A stretch of DNA of 64,000 nucleotides from an uncultured Gemmatimonadaceae bacterium (GCA_963829055.1 CAWHHI010000003.1:320001-384000), one strand, 5' to 3'. Shown: positions 1 to 12,642, counted from the stretch's first letter. Numbers and translations are program-made. Notes: generated by a model from the sequence alone, not told the origin.

Positions 1-116
1 ACTGTGGCGACCGCTTCGCCGCTGGGATGCAGCGTGTCATCGACGCACGCGGAGCCCGCTGCGGCAATCGACGCGGCCACTGCCCACCGCATCCACGTCA
101 GTTGTAAGCGTCTCAT
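1..116 (-). CDS. Putative lipoprotein, 5' part only (runs off the window)
   Basis: Manual translation from ATG at 116: MRRLQLTWMRWAVAASIAAAGSACVDDTLHPSGE; basic N-terminus, hydrophobic stretch and lipobox-like GSAC. Confidence 0.55.
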   Translation of the reverse strand, partial: MRRLQLTWMRWAVAASIAAAGSACVDDTLHPSGEAVAT

Positions 117-388
117 ATCGAAGTCGCAGGCTGCACGAGTAGAACCTTCGTGGCAGTCGCTCCGGACGCAAGCGTCAAGATCGCTCCCATGGCCCGCCGT
201 GCGGGGCGCCGACAGCGGCCCGCGCCCGTCGCCGGCTCAGACGGTGCCGTAGCGACGCACGTAGGCAGAACGCATCCCGGCCGATTGCCCTGACGGAGGC
301 TCCGCCCGCCTAACGCGTTCCCAGCCGGCGGGTCGAGCATGTCTTTCCGAGTCCTTCGACTGCGCTCAGGGGAGGCACGTCGGGGACA

Positions 389-640
389 TCAGGGATCCGA
401 CGCGTCGAACAACCGGTGAAGTGTCTGCTGTCCGCGCCAATCCATCGGACCGCCGACCCAGCGCGCGAAGCGCTCCTCGCCCTCGCGCTCGAACCGGATC
501 ACGAGGCACAGGTTAGGACCGTCGATCGACGGCGACACGACCTTGAACTCGGCCACCTCGGAAGCGCGCCACACGCGGCCGTGGCGATCGCGGTACTCGA
601 TCGGGCGGCGGAGCCGTTCGCGGGATACGGGACCGGGCAT
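389..640 (-). CDS. Hypothetical protein (83 aa)
   Basis: ORF MPGPVSRERLRRPIEYRDRHGRVW...LVIRFEREGEERFARW has protein-like composition; ATG at 640. Confidence 0.5.
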   Translation of the reverse strand: MPGPVSRERLRRPIEYRDRHGRVWRASEVAEFKVVSPSIDGPNLCLVIRFEREGEERFARWVGGPMDWRGQQTLHRLFDASDP

Positions 641-816
641 GCTACACCGACCTGCAAGCGGGATGCCCGCGTCTCCACCGCGGGCCACGCGTATAATAAC
701 ACAACGCCCCCGTGGGGTCCCGGGGGCGTTGGCACTCCACTCCACCGAGTCTGTATCGGAGGAGCATCCGTAGTATGCACGCCCAGCGCGCGTTTGGGTA
801 CTCGGGGTAACCCCAG

Positions 817-1938
817 GTGGTATTGCTTGCTGGCGCGGGACTCATGGTGCGCACGCTCTCGCAGCTCGGGCACGTGAGCGTCGGCTTCGACGTCGACCGA
901 CTGCTGACGATGCGCTTCGGCATGCCGGGGACTCGTTATGCAACGCCCGCGGAGCGGACGGCTTACCTGCGTCGACTCATCGATCGGTTCGAGAACATCC
1001 CGGGCGTCGAGTCCGGGGCGTTCAGCACACGGCTGCCGCTCGACCCCGCGTACGGCGTCGCGTCGATCGAGATCCAGGGGCGGCCCGTCGCGGCGGGCGA
1101 ACGGCCGGTGGTGGGCGCCCGCGTGGTGAGCGAGAAATACTTTCGGACGATGGGGATTCCTATTCGGTCCGGCAGAGACTTCACCGTTCGGGATGACGAC
1201 AAGGCGCCGTCGGTCGTGCTCGTGAACAACGCGCTGGCCGCGCGCTTCTGGCCAGGTGAGAACGCGGTCGGACGCCGCATTGGATTCGGCGATGGCAGTT
1301 GGTTGGATATCGTTGGCGTCGTGGGCGACGTGAGTCACGATGGCGTCGGGTCCGAGCCGATCGCCGAGATGTACATCCCGTTCGCGCAGTCGCCGGAGAC
1401 TGGCGGCGCGCTCGTGCTGCGGGCGTCGCGCGACCCGGGCGCGCTCGACGCGGCGGTGCGGCGCGCGGCGCTCTCGGCCGATCCCGATCAGGCGCTCATC
1501 GACGTGCGGCCGATGCGCGACACGGCAGCGGATTCTACGGCGCTCCGCCGATTCATGATGCTGCTGCTGACGGCATTCTCGGCGGTCGCGCTGTCGCTCA
1601 CCGCGATCGGGATTTATGGGATGCTCGCGTTCACGGTCAGCACGCGCACGCGCGAGCTGGGCATCCGCGCCGCACTCGGCGCGCGTCCGGCACAGTTGGT
1701 GTCGCTCGTCGGCCGCCAGGGCCTGGCGCTCACCGCGTTAGGCTTCGCGCTGGGAATTCCGGGCACGCTGGCGTTGACGCGGCTGCTGTCGTCGCAACTG
1801 TACGGCGTGACGCCGCATGATCCGGTGACGCTGGGGACGGCCGTCGCGGTCCTGGCGGCGGTTGCACTTGTAGCGACGTACTTCCCCACGCGCCGCGCGG
1901 CGAACGCGGATCCAGTGAAGGCGCTGACGAAGGACTAG
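817..1938 (+). pseudogene. C-terminal half only of an ADOP-family (MacB/FtsX) permease
   Basis: Starts at VLLAGAGLMVRTL, the mid-protein helix of the full-length paralogues in this window, and ends RTRELGIRAALGA...ADPVKAL. No N-terminal half found upstream. Confidence 0.7.
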
Positions 1939-1962
1939 CCGTCGATAACGCACATGCGCAAC

Positions 1963-2276
1963 AACGGCATCTAAGACAAAGGGGCGAACGGATTCACCGG
2001 ATTGGGCAGATCGACTCCGTTGTCATCCCGAGCGACAAGCGAGGGACTTCTCGAACATCATCGTGGCCGGACTGGCTACGATGCCATCACAGAAGGTCCC
2101 CGTCATGCACCTGCCTGCGGCGAGGTTCCCACGTTCCTCGGGACGACAGTGTTGCAGTTTCCTGCGTGCCTCCTGGGAGTCGCGCGTTCGACGCGGCCCG
2201 CGATCAGCCTCCCGCCCGAAATCGATCCGACAGATCCGCGGCATCCGTTCGCCGCTTCGTCTGAGATGTCTATGTT
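1963..2276. repeat. MITE-like element with imperfect inverted arms and a nested REP-like palindrome (2021-2148)
   Basis: Left arm GGCATCTAAGACAAAGGGGCGAACGGAT pairs with right arm ATCCGTTCGCCGCTTCGTCTGAGATGTC; inside lies TGTCATCCCGAGC...CTCGGGACGACA. Sits between convergent permease genes. Confidence 0.7.
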
Positions 2277-2285
2277 CCAGTCCTC

Positions 2286-4736
2286 CTATTCGTCGCGCAG
2301 CGCCACCACTGGATCGACCCGCGTCGCACGCATCGCCGGCACGAACGTCGCCAGCGCCGCCACTCCCACCAGCGTCGTCGCCACGACCAGGAACGTGCTC
2401 GGGTCACTCGGCTGGACTCCGAAGAGCTGACTCGCGATGAGGCGCGTCAGACCGAATGCGCCGGCGAGCCCGATCGCGACGCCGATGCCCACCAGCAACA
2501 ACCCTTGCCGCATGACCATCCCCAGCACGTTCCGGCGCGCCGCGCCTAACGCCATGCGGATACCGATCTCGTGCGCACGCTGCGTCACCGAGTACGACAT
2601 CACCCCGTAGATTCCGATCGACGCCAGCACCAGCGCCATCGCGGCGAACAGTCCGAGCAGGAGCATCGCGAATCGACGCTGGCCCATCGAGGCGGTGATG
2701 TTCGCGTCCATCGTGGCGATGTTCGCGATCGGCACGTCGGCGTCGATGTTCCGGAGCGCGGACCGAACCGCGGGGAGCATGCGGGTCGGATCCCCGGTCG
2801 TGCGTACCGCGAACCCCATGAATCCGCCCACGAACCCGGACGCCGCCCGGTACGGCAGGTAGAGCTGGACCCGGTTCTCGGCGTCCAGGCCCTCGTGCTT
2901 CGTGTGCCCCACCACGCCCACGACCGTGATCCAGTCGACCACTGAATCGCGCTGCGGATTCCCGAACGCGATGCGCTTGCCGATCGGGTCGGCGTTAGGC
3001 CAGTAGCGCTTGACCATCTCATCGTCCACGACCGCGACCGGCGGGCCGCTCGCGCCGTCCTGCTCCGTGAACAGGCGGCCCTTGATGAGCGGGACCTTGA
3101 GCGCCGCGAAGAACCCGGGGCTCACCACGCGCAGGTCGCCCCACGGACCGGGTTTGTTGGGCGGCGGCTGATACCCCTCGACGGCAAAGCTCCCGGTCCT
3201 CCCACCGCCGCCGAACGGCAGCGTGGACGTGATGCCCACGCCAGTCACGCCCGGGACCGTGCGCACCGCTTCGACGGCGCGATCGAAGTACTGGATGCGA
3301 GCCGTGTCCGAACCATAGCGGGCGTTGGGAATCGACACCGTGAACGTGAGCAGACTGCTGGAGTCGAATCCCGGATTGACGTGCTGCAGCAGCGCCAGGC
3401 TCTTGATCAGGAGCCCCGCACCGGTGAGCAGCGCCAGCGCCAGCGCCACCTCGGCGACCACGAGCACGCGTCGGAGCGCATGCCCGCTCCGATCGCTCGA
3501 CGAGCTCCGGCCTCCCTCCTTGAGCGTCTCCTGGAGGTTCGTGCGCGACGTCTGCACGGCCGGCGCGAGGCCGAACAGCAGCCCGGTCACGACCGAGACG
3601 CCTAACGTGAATAGCGCGACGACCCAGTCGATCCGCAGCTCGTTGATGCGCGGTACGTTGGCCGGCTTGAGCGCGATCAACCCCTTCATGCCGAGCCAGG
3701 CCAGGCCCAGCCCGAGCACGCCACCCAAAACCGCCAGCAGCATGCTCTCCGCGAGCAGTTGGCGGAGGAGGTCCCCGCGCTTCGCGCCGAGCGCGGCGCG
3801 GATGGCGACTTCCTTGATCCGGGACGCCGCGCGCGCGAGCAGCAGGTTCGCCACGTTGGCGCACGCGATGAGCAGCACGAATCCGACAGCGCCGAGCAGG
3901 ACGAGCAGCGCCGGACGGATGTCGCCGCTCACCTTCTCGTTCATGGACGTGACCTTGAGCGTCCAGTCCGTGGGGTAGCTGTTCGGGAACTGCGCCTTGA
4001 GCTGACTCGCGAACGCCTTCATGTCGCTGCGCGCACGCTCGATGGTGATCGCGGGCTTGAGCCGCGCGACCAGCGTCAGGAACTCGCTCGTGCGGTTGTT
4101 GTCGGAGAACTGCTCCGGCGTCAGCGCCAGCGGGGTCCAGAGATCCACGGGACGTCCCCTGAAGTCGCCGAACGTCTGCTGGCATCACCCCGATCACGTC
4201 GTACGGCTCGCCGTTCAGCGTGATCGGCTTCCCGATGACGGAGCGATCAGCGCCGAATTGCCGCTGCCAGAACCCGTCGCTCAGGACCACGACTCTGTTG
4301 TTCCCGGGGTGTCCTCTTCCGGCGTGAAGCTGCGGCCTATGGCCGGTGCCACGCCGAGCGTCTTGAAGATCAGCCCTGACGCGCGCGTACCCTGAAGGCG
4401 CTGCGGGTCGCCGCTGGTACCCGTCAGCGTAGGTGCCCACCCGGTCATCACGAACACGCCGTCGAAGATCGGTGCCTTGTCCCGGAGATCGCGGAACCCC
4501 GGCGGCGATGCACCAGCCTCGAGGTTGTTGAGCGACGGATAGAAGTGGTCGACGATCACGAGCTGCTCGGGGGCCCGATACGGGAACGGCCGCAGCAGCA
4601 CCGTATTCACGACGCTGAAGATCGCGGTGTTCGCGCCGATGCCGAGCGCGAGCGTGAGTAGCACGATGGCCGAGAAGCCGGGCGTCTTGCGCAGCCGGCG
4701 CAGGGCGTACCGGACGTCCTTGAGCAGCGTATCCAT
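2286..4736 (-). CDS. ADOP-family duplicated ABC-type permease (frameshifted near 4150-4290)
   Basis: [78 protein letters not shown]. Confidence 0.9.
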
Positions 4737-4899
4737 ATCGGAAACCCCGCGACTCGGGGCGTGTTGGCGGGAAACGATCGCGAATGGAGCGATGTTAGGT
4801 AGACAGCCGGGTCGGGGCGATGGTTCGCAGGTCCAGCGGTCGCTCCCGTGCGACGAGTGGTCACCCCCGTGTGTCGGGACGATGAGCGCTCGTACTTCC

Positions 4900-5125
4900 G
4901 CCACTACCGGCCTCCCGCCGCGTGCGCGCTCGACCCGCTTCCCGAAGCGCATGCCGTTGAACGCCTGAAGGGAGCCGAGCAGCGCGTAGCTGAATCCCGC
5001 TACCGGTCGAGGAGCTCGTCGAACGTGTTAGGCACCTCGAGCGACACGACGAGGAGCGTGATCTCGAACCCGAACACGGCGTCGCTCAACCCCTCGATGC
5101 GCGACATCTCGCGACCACGGAGCCA
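4900..5125 (-). pseudogene. Internally deleted remnant of a TMEM175/DUF1211-family membrane protein
   Basis: Manual translation: RGREMSRIEGLSDAVFGFEITLLVVSLEVPNTFDELL then stop at 5000-5002; another frame continues AGFSYALLGSLQAFNGMRFGKR. Confidence 0.6.
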
Positions 5126-5227
5126 TGTCATCCCGAGCATCCGCGAGGGATCTTCTGTGAACTGTTCGTGGCCGGGCCGGCTGCAATGCCATCAAACACG
5201 ATCCCTCGCTGGGCGCTCGGGATGACA
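5126..5227. repeat. REP-like palindromic element
   Basis: TGTCATCCCGAGC..GCGAGGGATC ... GATCCCTCGC..GCTCGGGATGACA; followed by a copy of the CATCCGTTCGCC..GTCTGAGATGTC arm seen at about 2240-2270. Confidence 0.85.
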
Positions 5228-5416
5228 CCGCATCCGTTCGCCCTGCCGTCTGAGATGTCGGCGGTTGTGGAATCCGCCGCAGGCCGTAGAATGTCGCTGT
5301 GCCGTTTCGTCGGTGTCCCATATCCGTCATCGCATTCTCACGTCCAGCGATAAACTCGACCCGCGCTCGATTTCATCTCCGGACGATTCAGGTCGTCGTG
5401 ACGGACGACGTCGCTG

Positions 5417-8293
5417 ATGCCTAACGCCGCTGAGCTCGGGCGTCTCGCCGAGGACGCGCGGCGCGAGCGCAACTGGAAGCGGTGGGGGCCTTACCTGTCC
5501 GAGCGTCAGTGGGGCACCGTACGCGAGGACTACTCCGCATCGGGCGACTGCTGGAGCTACTTCCCCCACGACCACGCCCGTAGCCGCGCCTACCGCTGGG
5601 GCGAGGACGGCCTGCTCGGCTTCTCCGACCGCGAGGGCCGGCTGTGCTTCGCGCCTCGCGCTCTGGAACGGGCAGCGACCCCATCCTCAAGGAGCGGCTC
5701 TTCGGCCTCACGGGGCCCGAAGGCAACCACGGCGAGGACGTCAAGGAGTGCTACTACTACCTCGACGCCACGCCGACGCACTCCTACAATCGCGCACTCT
5801 ACAAGTACCCGCAGCGCGCGTTCCCGTACGCCGAGCTCGTGGCCGAGAGCGCGCGGCGCGGGAAGCACGAACCGGAGTACGAGCTCGCGGACACCGGCGC
5901 GTTCGACGAGGGCCGCTACTTCGACGTGCAGGCCGAGTACGCGAAGGGCGGGCCCGACGACGTGCTCGTGCGCGTGACGGTGTCGAACCGCGGGCCGGAC
6001 GCCGCGCCGCTCGCACCTGCTCCCCACTCTCTGGTTCCGCAACACGTGGAGCTGGGGCGGCACCGGTGAGAACTTCCCGCCGCGCGGCGAGATCGCGCTG
6101 CAGGGCCAGGCCCGGCTCCGCGCCTCGCACGCGACACTCGGTTCGTTCACGCTGTTCGGCGAGATCGACGGGGACGCCGGCCCGCCGACGCCGCTGTTCA
6201 CCGAGAACGAGACGAACTTCGCGCGCGTGTTCCGCATGCCTAACGTGCGGCCGTACGTCAAGGACGCGTTCCACGACTACGTCGTCGACGGACGCCACGA
6301 CGCCGTGAACCACGCGAACGTCGGAAGCAAGGCGGCACTCCACTACCACCTGGCGCTCGCGCCAGGCGCGATCCGTCACGGTGCGTCTGCGCCTCGTCCC
6401 GACCGACGAAATCCCGGTCGATCCGTTCGGCACCGCCTTCGACGCCACCTTCGCCGAACGCGCAGGCGGAGGCGGACGCGTTCTACGCGGCGCGGATGGC
6501 GCCCGAAGCGACGGCGGACGAGCGTGCAGTCGTGCGCCAGGCGTACGCCGGCCTGCTGTGGACGAAGCAGTTCTACCACTACGTCGTGAAGGACTGGCTC
6601 GACGGCGACCCGGCGCAACCGCCGCCGCCGGCGGAGCGCCTAACGGGACGCAACTGCCGACTGGCGTCACGTGCACGCGCGCGACGTGATGTCGGTGCCG
6701 GACAAGTGGGAGTACCCGTGGTTCGCGGCGTGGGATCTCGCGTTCCACGTGGTGCCGTTCGCGCAGATCGACCCCGAGTTCGCGAAGAGCCAGCTGCTGC
6801 TACTGCTCCGCGAGTGGTACATGCACGCGAACGGGGAGCTGCCGGCGTACGAGTTCGCGTTCGACGACGTGAACCCGCCGGTGCATGCGTGGGCGTGCTA
6901 TCGCGTGTACCGCATGACCGGCGCTCGCGGGTCTCGCGACCGGGTGTTCCTCGAGCGCGCGTTCCACAAGTTGCTCATCAACTTCACCTGGTGGGTGAAT
7001 CGCAAGGACGCCGAAGGGCAACAACCTGTTCGGCGGCGGATTCCTCGGCCTCGACAACATCGGGGTGTTCGACCGCTCGAAGCCGCTGCCCACCGGCGGT
7101 CATCTCGAGCAGGCGGACGGCACCGCGTGGATGGCGTTCTTCTGCGGCACGCATGCTGTTCATCGCGCTCGAGCTCGCGAGCGAGGATCCGGCCTACGAG
7201 GACGTCGCGTCGAAGTTCTTCGAGCACTACGTCGCGATCTCCGACGCGATGAACGCCGTTGGCGGCGACGGCCTGTGGGATGAGAAGGACGGGTTCTACT
7301 ACGACCAGCTGCACTTCGACGGACAGCTGCATGCCGCTCCGCATCCGGTCGATGGTCGGCATCATCCCGCTGTTCGTGTGCGGCATTCTCGAGGACACTG
7401 TGCTCGCGCGCCTGCCGGGTTTCCGGAAGCGCCTGCAGTGGTTCATCGACAATCGGCCGGACCTCGCGCACCACATCGTGTCCGGCAGCTTCATGCGCGG
7501 GCCGCGCGCGGCCGTTCACAGCGACGGCCAGCCGCTCGAGGGACGGCTCCTGTCCGATCGCGTCACGCGAGCGACTCGTGCGCGCGCTTCGCTACGTGCT
7601 CGATGAGACCGAGTTCCTGTCGCCGTACGGCGTGCGTTCGCTGTCGCGCGTGCATGCCGACCACCCGTTCGTGCTCGATGCGATGGGCACGACGTACAGC
7701 GTCGAGTACGCGCCGGGCGAGTCGGCGTCCGGGCTGTTCGGCGGAAACTCGAACTGGCGCGGGCCGGTGTGGTTCCCGCTCAACTATCTGCTCATCGAGG
7801 CGCTCGACCGCTATCACCTGTTCTACGGCGATGATCTCACGGTCGAGTGCCCGACGGGTTCGGGCACGATTCATGACGCTGGGCGAGGTCGCGCGCGAGA
7901 TCGAGCGGCGGCTGGCGACGCTCTTTCTCGCGGACGCGTCAGGCAGCCCGCCCCGTGCACGGCGGCGACGAGCGCTACGCCAGCGATCCGTACTGGAAGG
8001 ATCTCGTGCTGTTCTACGAGTATTTCCACGGCGACACCGGCCGCGGTGTCGGCGCGAGCCATCAGACCGGCTGGACGGCGCTCATCGTGCGCTCCATCGA
8101 AGAGGCGGCGCGGCGGCGCTCACCGCCGGTCGCCGACGTCGGCGGCCGCCGACTCGGCCTAACGAACCAGGTCGCTCACCCGTCCGCCCGCATGGCGCTC
8201 AAGCGGATCGACCCGCGCGGCACGCCGCGCCGGAATCCACGACGCGAGCAGCGCGACGACGCCGAGCAGTGCCGCCACACGCGACGAACGTGA
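5417..8293 (+). CDS. GH63 / MGH1-like glucosidase (multiple frameshifts; 3' end uncertain)
   Basis: [78 protein letters not shown]. Confidence 0.9.
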
Positions 8294-10883
8294 ATGGGTC
8301 GCGCACACTGACGCCGAAGAGCAGACTCCTGAGCACGCGCGAGACCGCGTACGCGCCGACGCTGCCTAACACCACGCCAGCCAGCGCCAGTACGAGTCCG
8401 CGGCGCACGACCATGGCCGACCACGCGCTCCGCGCTCGCGCCGAGCGCGATGCGGATGCCGATCTCACGCGTCCGCTGCTGTACCGTGTAGGCGATCACG
8501 CCGTAGATGCCCACCACCGCGAGCACGACCGCGAGCGCGGCGAAGACCGTGAGCAGGAGTGACGTAGAACCTCGGCTGACCGAGCGAGCGGTCGATCATC
8601 GTCTCGAGCGTGAACGCGTCGTAGACGGGCAGGTCGCGGTCGAGCGACGCGACCGTCGCCTGCGCTGCCGGAGCGGCGCGGCCGGGTCGCCGCGCGTGCG
8701 CATCACGACGGTGATCTCGTCGAGCGGCCACTGATCGAACGCGGCGTAGACGTGCGGCGTGAGCCCCGCGGTCGAGACTCCGCTGCCTGACGTCCCCGAC
8801 GATGCCGACGATCTCACCGGCGAGCTCGCTCGCCCGTCCTGCTTCCATCCGAACCGGAGCCGCTTGCCGATCGGGTCTTCGCCGGCGAAGAAGCGGCGCG
8901 CCGTCTCCTCGCTGATGACCATCGTGCGCTGGCTGCCTGGACCGGTCCGCGCCGCTGAACGCCCGCCCGCGAATCGACCGGGATCGCCGACCGTCGCGAA
9001 GTACCCGGGACTCACGATACGCACCTGTGCCCTCGGCTCCACGTTAGGCGGCGGGGCGATCTCGTCCCTCGACTTCGAATGCTCAGCTGAAAGCTCTGGC
9101 CCGAGAGCGGGAGCCCGAACGTCACCGCGGCGGAGTCGACGCCGGGGATGCGGCGTACTTCCTCGAGCAACGTCGCCGCGAACGGCGCTGCTGGTCGAGC
9201 GTCTCGTACTTCATCGGACGACGAGCGTCACCGAGAACGTCGACACCCGCGCGGCCTGGAAGCCGGGGTTCACATCGCGAAGTCGCGCGAAGCTCTTGAG
9301 CAGGAGGCCCGCGCCGACGAGGAGCATGAGCGCGAGCGTGATCTCCGCGACGACGAGCGCGCCGCGCGCGCGTGCGCTTCCAGGATCTCGTGCGCGATCC
9401 GCGATTCCCGTCGCGGAGTGAGAGCGCCAGCTGTCCGCGCGGACGCCTGCAGCGCCGGGATCGAGCCGAAGAGCAGCGCCGCCAGCGCCTGTCACGCCCA
9501 GCGTGAACAGCAGTACCGTCGCGTCGACGTGCACGTTGTACAGGCGCGGTATGTCGCTCGGCGCGAGCGAGAGGAGCAGTCGAGTTCCCCAGCGCGGCGA
9601 GCACGAACCCGAGCACCCCTCCGATCAGCGCGAGGCGAGACAGCTCTCGGTGAGCAGCTGCCTGACGAGTCGCCCGCGACCGGCGCCGAGCGCCGTCCGG
9701 ACCGCGAGCTCGGACTCGCGAGCGGCGGTGCGCCCCAGCATGAGACTCGCGACGTTCGCGCACGCGATGAGCATGACGAAGCCCACGGCGGCGAGCAGGA
9801 TGATCAGCGCCGGTCGCACCTCGCCGACCATGTCTTCGCGCAGCGGAACGAGGCTACGTGCCGAGTACCCGCGTCGTGTCTCGGATCCTGCAGCCTCGAG
9901 GCGGCGAGCGATCGTCGTCCATCTCGCTGCTGCGCCTGTTCCCGCGTGACGCCAGGCGCCAGCCGGCCGATGACGTCGATCCACCGCGACCCGCGACTCG
10001 CGTCGGACAGGTCCCGTTGGGAGAAGCGCGTCGTGAGCCACATGTCCACCGGTGATGGATAGCGCATGTCGGCCGGCGCGACGCCGATCACCGTCGGTCG
10101 GGATACTCGTCGAGCGTGATGAGTTGCCGATGATGGCTGGGATCGGCGCCGAAACCGGCTGCGCCACAGGCCGTCGCTCAGGATCACGACGCGCGGCGCG
10201 TCCGCCGCATCCTCGCCGGCGGCGAACGCGCGACCGAGCGCGACGCCGAACGCCGAGCAGCTGGAACATGTTCGCGCTCACGCGCGCCTGCGTGAAGCGT
10301 TCGGCGGTGCCGCTTCCGGTCAGGTTGACCGTGCTCTCGTACGATGCGGCGAGCGCGGAAAACGCTGTCGATTGTCGGCGCCAGTCGGTGAAGTCGGCCG
10401 GGAGAGACCGCGATCCTGCCGCCATTGATCGTCGAGTAGACGCGCGATGCAGCTCGCGCGGGTTCGGCGTAGGGCAGCTCGCGGAGCAGCACGCCGCGGA
10501 CGACGGAGAAGATCGCGGTGTTCGCCCCGATGCCCGAGCGCGAGCGTGATGAGCGCGATGGAGGTGAAGCCCGGATTGCGGCGGAGCTGGCGGAACGCGA
10601 AGCGCATGTCCTGCCGGAGCTCATCGCCCAATTCGGCGCGTCGCTCGTGGTCGCATGCGCGCGCGGTCGTCGTCGTTCAGGTAGCGACGCGTGTATTCGA
10701 GGTCGCCGAACTCGGCGCGCGCACGGTGCTCAGCTTCCTGCGGTGAGAGTGCCGGCGTCGATGAGCTCCTGCGTCTTCATGTCGAGGTGGAAGCGCAGCT
10801 CGTCGTCGACTTCGCGGCGGACGCGCGTCGGCGGAGGACCAGGGGAGTCGGAACGCTCGGCGAATACCGCGAATGCGTCTCAT
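8176..10883 (-). CDS. ADOP-family duplicated permease (heavily frameshifted)
   Basis: Fragments [60 protein letters not shown] across frames. Confidence 0.85.
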
Positions 10884-11232
10884 CGAACGCGTGCTCGATC
10901 GGAGTTGCGTCCGGTACGCGGTTTCGAGCACCTTGAAGATCGCCTCGGCGTACTGCCTCCATTCGGACGGTTTCGGCGCGGAACTGCGTGCGGCCGGCAG
11001 TGGTGAGCTGGTAGTACTTGGCGCGGCGGTTGTTCTCGGAGAGTCCCCACTCGGATTCGATGAGGCCTTTGCGCTCGAGGCGATGGAGTGCCTGGTAGAG
11101 CGCGGCGTCTTCGACGGTGAGGACGTTGTCGGTGCGCTGACGGATCCACCGGGAGATGGCGTAGCCGTGCATGGCGTCCCACGAGAGTGTCTTGAGGATC
11201 AGGACGTCGAGCGTTCCCTGGAGGAGGTCCAT
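10880..11232 (-). CDS. PadR-family transcriptional regulator (3' end frameshifted, approximate)
   Basis: MDLLQGTLDVLILKTL..MHGYAISRWI..LYQALHRLE..EWGLSENNRRAKYYQLT; directly upstream of an ADOP permease. Confidence 0.92.
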
Positions 11233-11274
11233 GGCGTGGCAGCTGAGTGACGCATTGGCGGAATCGTTTGCCAT

Positions 11275-11293
11275 CCCCTCACAATGTGAGGGG
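11275..11293. promoter_or_regulatory. Candidate PadR operator (perfect 9-1-9 palindrome)
   Basis: CCCCTCACA-A-TGTGAGGGG about 40 bp upstream of the padR start. Confidence 0.65.
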
Positions 11294-11798
11294 AGTAGAT
11301 TCGAATTGTCAAGCGATGAAGAACCTTGGCGGTTCGTCGGGCGCTCGTCCTAGCCATCCTCGGCGCGGCGAGGCTCGGTCTATGTGTCACGACGTGAAAT
11401 CTGGCTCCGCGATCGCTCCATTAGAATTGACGTTCTAGAATGCGGACATTATCTGACACTATTGACGCGTCATTATGACGCCACCATGCGAGCAAACTAT
11501 TAATAAGTATCAATTTGCTCAGAAATTGGCCACATGAGCCGAAGTACGTTGGTTTGCTGGCGCTCTCCACGGTTGTTGCACGACTTCTAGCAGGGTTAAC
11601 ATCCGGATCCTTCGATCGTCGAGATAGCGTCCTCTGCAATTGTCGAGCAATCGATCGAGAGAACCATCGAGGCCGGTCAGGGTGTCGTAGTAGAGCACGA
11701 TCGAGCTTGGACGAGGCGGCGCAAGCAGGTGGCGCGACGATCGATCCAGGCATTTTTTTGCGAAACGGACGGGTAGCCGCGGTCGTGCGGCCACTCTC

Positions 11799-12619
11799 AT
11801 GGCGCTGCGGGCCGCACGACGCGGCGCCGATGGAGGGGATTCCGAATGGCGAAGTCCGTCAGACCCGTTGTCGTGGTTGAAGCAGGTCGCGTTAGGGATC
11901 GGCGCATTGGGAACGATGATCTTCACCGCGCAGCACGTCCGCCCGGTCTACGCCGGTCGCGCTCCGGTCGTGCGAGAGCTGCTCGAGCCGCGCGCGTGGG
12001 GCGACTCCGCGCTCGCCCGTGCTCCATGGGCGATCGGGATCCAGCGACGTGGCACTCCTCAGCCCACAGTTCGAGATCGACCGACGCGCGTTCATGGAAG
12101 ACCTCATTCGCACGTCCGGCATCACGCCGGGCTCGCGCGGATTCCGTCGCGACGTTCGCGGTGCGTGAGGCCTATCGTCGTCGAGTCCCGCCCGCGCTCG
12201 TGTTCGGCGTCCTCATGGTCGAGAACCGCGAGCTCAAGTCGTCGGCGACATCCAACGCCGGCGCGGTGGGGCTCATGCAGATCGACACGAGCACCTGGGT
12301 GAGCGCACTCGGCAAGCATTTCGGCACGAATCTGCGCAACGACGAGACGAACCTCCGCTACGGCGTGTTCATTCTCAGTCATCTGCTCTACGACAGCGAC
12401 GACGACTGCGCCGGCCGACTCGGCGAACGTGCACGGGTCGCTGCGTCGCGGCCTCCTGCGCTACAACGGATGCGTGCGCGGCACGAACACGAAGAACTGC
12501 TTCCGCTATCCAGAGATCGTGCGCACGCGCATCGACACACTTCGCGATCGTCGCAGTGCGGTTGGCGCGGGTACGAGCGCTGCGTCGCCGAGCCGCTCAA
12601 GTACGCGCTCGACGACTGA
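11799..12619 (+). CDS. Lytic transglycosylase SLT-domain protein (frameshifted)
   Basis: VPPALVFGVLMVEN...SNAGAVGLMQI...NLRYGVFIL...LLRYNGC; N-terminal membrane anchor. Confidence 0.85.
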
Positions 12620-12642
12620 TCCGCTCTGACCGACTCGCAGAA

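Noticed and set aside
345..375. CCTTCGACTGCGCTCAGG as a tRNA fragment or attachment site
   Set aside because: No cloverleaf and no integrase nearby; more likely a degenerate REP-type arm.
10677..11232. PadR-permease translational fusion
   Set aside because: The in-frame read-through occurs in a very indel-rich stretch, and the two intact PadR-ADOP units in the window are separate genes.
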